Assembly: GCF_006345805.1 (NCBI RefSeq)
Contig: NC_043017.1
Location: forward strand, 21,080,001 to 21,144,000
Reading direction: 5' to 3'
Source: Octopus sinensis
Lineage: Eukaryota
Length of the DNA: 64,000 bases
The translations under genes and the position numbers were made by a program. Below are positions 61,852-64,000 of the stretch, one piece after another (position 1 is the first letter of the stretch; the number at the start of each line of letters is the position of its first letter). Under the pieces are notes generated by a model, which was not told the origin of the DNA, searched no databases, and saw only the letters and a list, made by a program, of their open reading frames with translations.

Positions 61852-62195
61852 TGCCATTGTCATGATCATCATCATCATCATCACCCATCATCATCATCAC
61901 CAACATCATTGCCATCGTCATGATCATCATTACCATCATCATCATCATCATCGCCATGATCATCACCATCATCATTATCATCATCACCAACATCATCACT
62001 GTTACCCTCCTCGTCCTCCTCCACCTCATCATCATCATCCTCATCCATCATCATCACCAACATAATCACTGTTACCCTCCTCCTCAACATCATCGTCATC
62101 CTCATCCATCACCATGTTCATCATCATCATCATCATCATCATTACCAACATAATCACTGTTACTCTCCTCATCATCATCATCGTCAGCACCATGA
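61705..62195. repeat. Cryptic (CAT)n tract with a thrice-repeated module
   Basis: accaacat(a/c)atcactgttac(c/t)ctcctc at ~61987, 62057 and 62144. Confidence 0.85.
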
Positions 62196-62519
62196 AGATC
62201 CATATTTTACCCCCACCCCCCACTCCGCTGCCAATTATTATTTTTACTGCTTCTGCTTATTAACAATATTATTTCTTTTCATTTTTTTTTCTTCTTAATT
62301 TAAAAAAAAAAGACCGCAAATGAAAACGCAAATGGCTTCAGGATTTCATTCTTAATTAGTTCCCCCCAAACAAATTAATTATCCTCCCCCCACCAGTACC
62401 CTACCCTGTCTACTCCAGCTTGGGCAATTACATTTCGCTTTAACAATAACTTCATCATTTTTCTAGTGCAACCACCCCACTTCATTCTGATTTGGATTTT
62501 TAACAGAGTTGATGGCATT

Positions 62520-63145
62520 TGTGGTGGTCATGGCAGTCATGACGGGGCAGTGGTTGTTATGGTGGTTGTACTGGTAAGGGGGTGGGGTAATGGTTGGAGG
62601 TGGTGCTTGTGGTATTGGTGATGGTGATGGTGGTAGTGATGATGGTAGTTGTACTGGTGACAGTGGTGGTGGTGTTCGTGATAGTGGTGGTGGTGGTAGT
62701 GGTGGTGTTGGTGATGGTTGTGATGCTGGTGATGGTTGTGGTAGTGGTGTTGGTGATGGTAGTGGTAGTGGTGGTGTTGGTGATGGTTGTGATGCTGGTG
62801 ATAGTGGTGGCAGTGCTGATGGTTGCAATATTGATGCTGTTGGCGATGTTGATGGTGCTGCAGCTGCTGCTAGTGATGGTGCTGGTGATAATACAGATGA
62901 TGCTGGAGGTGATGCCGGTGATGGCCCTGCTGGTGATACCAGTGGCAGTACCATTGGACTGGTCATGGTACCGGTGGTAGTCATGGGTGTTGATGACGGT
63001 TGTGAAGCTGGTTGTCAAAATAATGGTGATGGTGGTGATGGCGCTGGTAACCATAGTGATGCTAACGATGATACTGATGGCAAAGATAGTTGTGAAGCTG
63101 GGCTGCCATAGTGATGGTGAAGGTGATGGAGGTGATGGTGGTGCC
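62520..63145. repeat. Cryptic (GGT/GAT/GCT)n tract
   Basis: Seen directly; the open frames (poly G/D, poly T/P/S, poly V) reflect triplet low complexity. Confidence 0.8.
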
Positions 63146-63494
63146 AGCAGACATATCATAATATTTCTTTTTACTAAATAAAAATATTTTGAAAAAAAAT
63201 TGACAACAGAAAATTCAGTTCAAAAATTTTCTGTGATTTTTTTTCAAAAAAGAAAAAAAAGGGGTAAAGAAGAAAAGTTCTAAAAATAAATCCCAGAAAA
63301 GTGAAAATAAAAAAAATCCAGAGAGAAGAAGTTTGAAGAGAAAATTCTCTTTAGAATGATTAGGTTGATGGTTAAAAATAAGATAAATGGTCGATTGATT
63401 ACTTGGATCAAAGATTGATCAGAAGGGAAGAGGAATAGAAAAAATGCTGGGGGGGTGAGGTGGTGGCTTTTAGTGAAGCAGGAAACAGTAGCTT

Positions 63495-63501
63495 TTGCGG
63501 G

Positions 63502-63539
<38 letters not shown>

Positions 63540-63810
63540 TACTAGATATAGCAGAGAGAGGATGATAGAGGGAGGGTAAGAGAGAGGAAGACAAAGTAGG
63601 AAAAGCAGAGAGAAAGAGAGAGCAAGATAGAGAGAGAAGGGAGACAGAGAGAGAAACAGAGATAGAGAAAGAGAGAGGGGGAGGAAAGGGGAGGCAGAGA
63701 GAGGAAGATAGAAAAAGAAAAAGAGAGAGAGGAATAGAGAGAAAACAGAAAAAGGCAGACAGACAAGCCGAGGAGGAGGAGAGATAGTGAGAGGGAGGAA
63801 AGAAGAGGAT
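63495..63810. repeat. Purine-rich (AG)n-derived tract
   Basis: Seen directly. Confidence 0.85.
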
Positions 63811-64000
63811 AAAACAAATATGATTAAAAAAAAAGATTTGAAAAATTGCAACACAATTTGCATTAAAAAAAAACAAGAAAATTAAAACGACAAAAAGAAA
63901 TTAGCAAAATATGAAAGAAAAAGAAAAAGAGTGAAAAAGAAACAGAAGCAATGATGGATCTACAAGAAGAAAAAGAAAAGGAAAGGTTAAAGAAAGAAAA

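Noticed and set aside
1-64000. The many ORFs composed of H/T/Y/I/V/C/M, poly-V, poly-T, poly-M, poly-K/E, poly-L or poly-G
   Set aside because: They are translations of di- and trinucleotide repeats that lack stop triplets in some frames. They have no splice context or recognisable domain.

Overview
This is AT-rich eukaryotic non-coding DNA, either intergenic or deep intronic. It is saturated with (TA)n, (CA)n, (TAGA)n, (GAT)n, (AAT)n, (GAA)n and cryptic GGT/AGT simple repeats. The repeat repertoire (tRNA-headed SINEs, RTE-, CR1- and R4/Dong-clade LINE fragments, mariner and hAT MITEs) looks like that of a coleoid cephalopod, most likely Octopus; this is inference from recalled repeat families, not a database result. 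No host protein-coding exon can be supported, and almost every ORF in the supplied track is a translation of microsatellite. The only recognisable protein similarities are decayed transposon ORFs: a CR1 RT (29.4-30.2 kb), R4/Dong fragments (16.8 and 23.4-23.8 kb), RTE fragments (3.1-3.45, 16.9-17.1, 46.0-46.5 and 49.0 kb) and a Tc1/mariner N-terminal HTH (34.4-35.0 kb). Five items are most interesting. (1) Minimal type-I hammerhead-ribozyme-like motifs in Penelope-style pseudo-LTR remnants at 49.3 kb (+) and 59.85 kb (-), with a truncated copy at 30.4 kb; all have mutated cores. (2) Five long fold-back palindromes, some related to each other and some adjacent to those remnants. (3) Nested insertions that can be reconstructed from target-site duplications. 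(4) A SINE whose 3' end repeatedly abuts GGTAT, both in its targets and in its own head-body-body multimers. (5) Several CpG-retaining unique islands that are candidate cis-regulatory elements. Coordinates of degenerate repeats were read by eye and are approximate.
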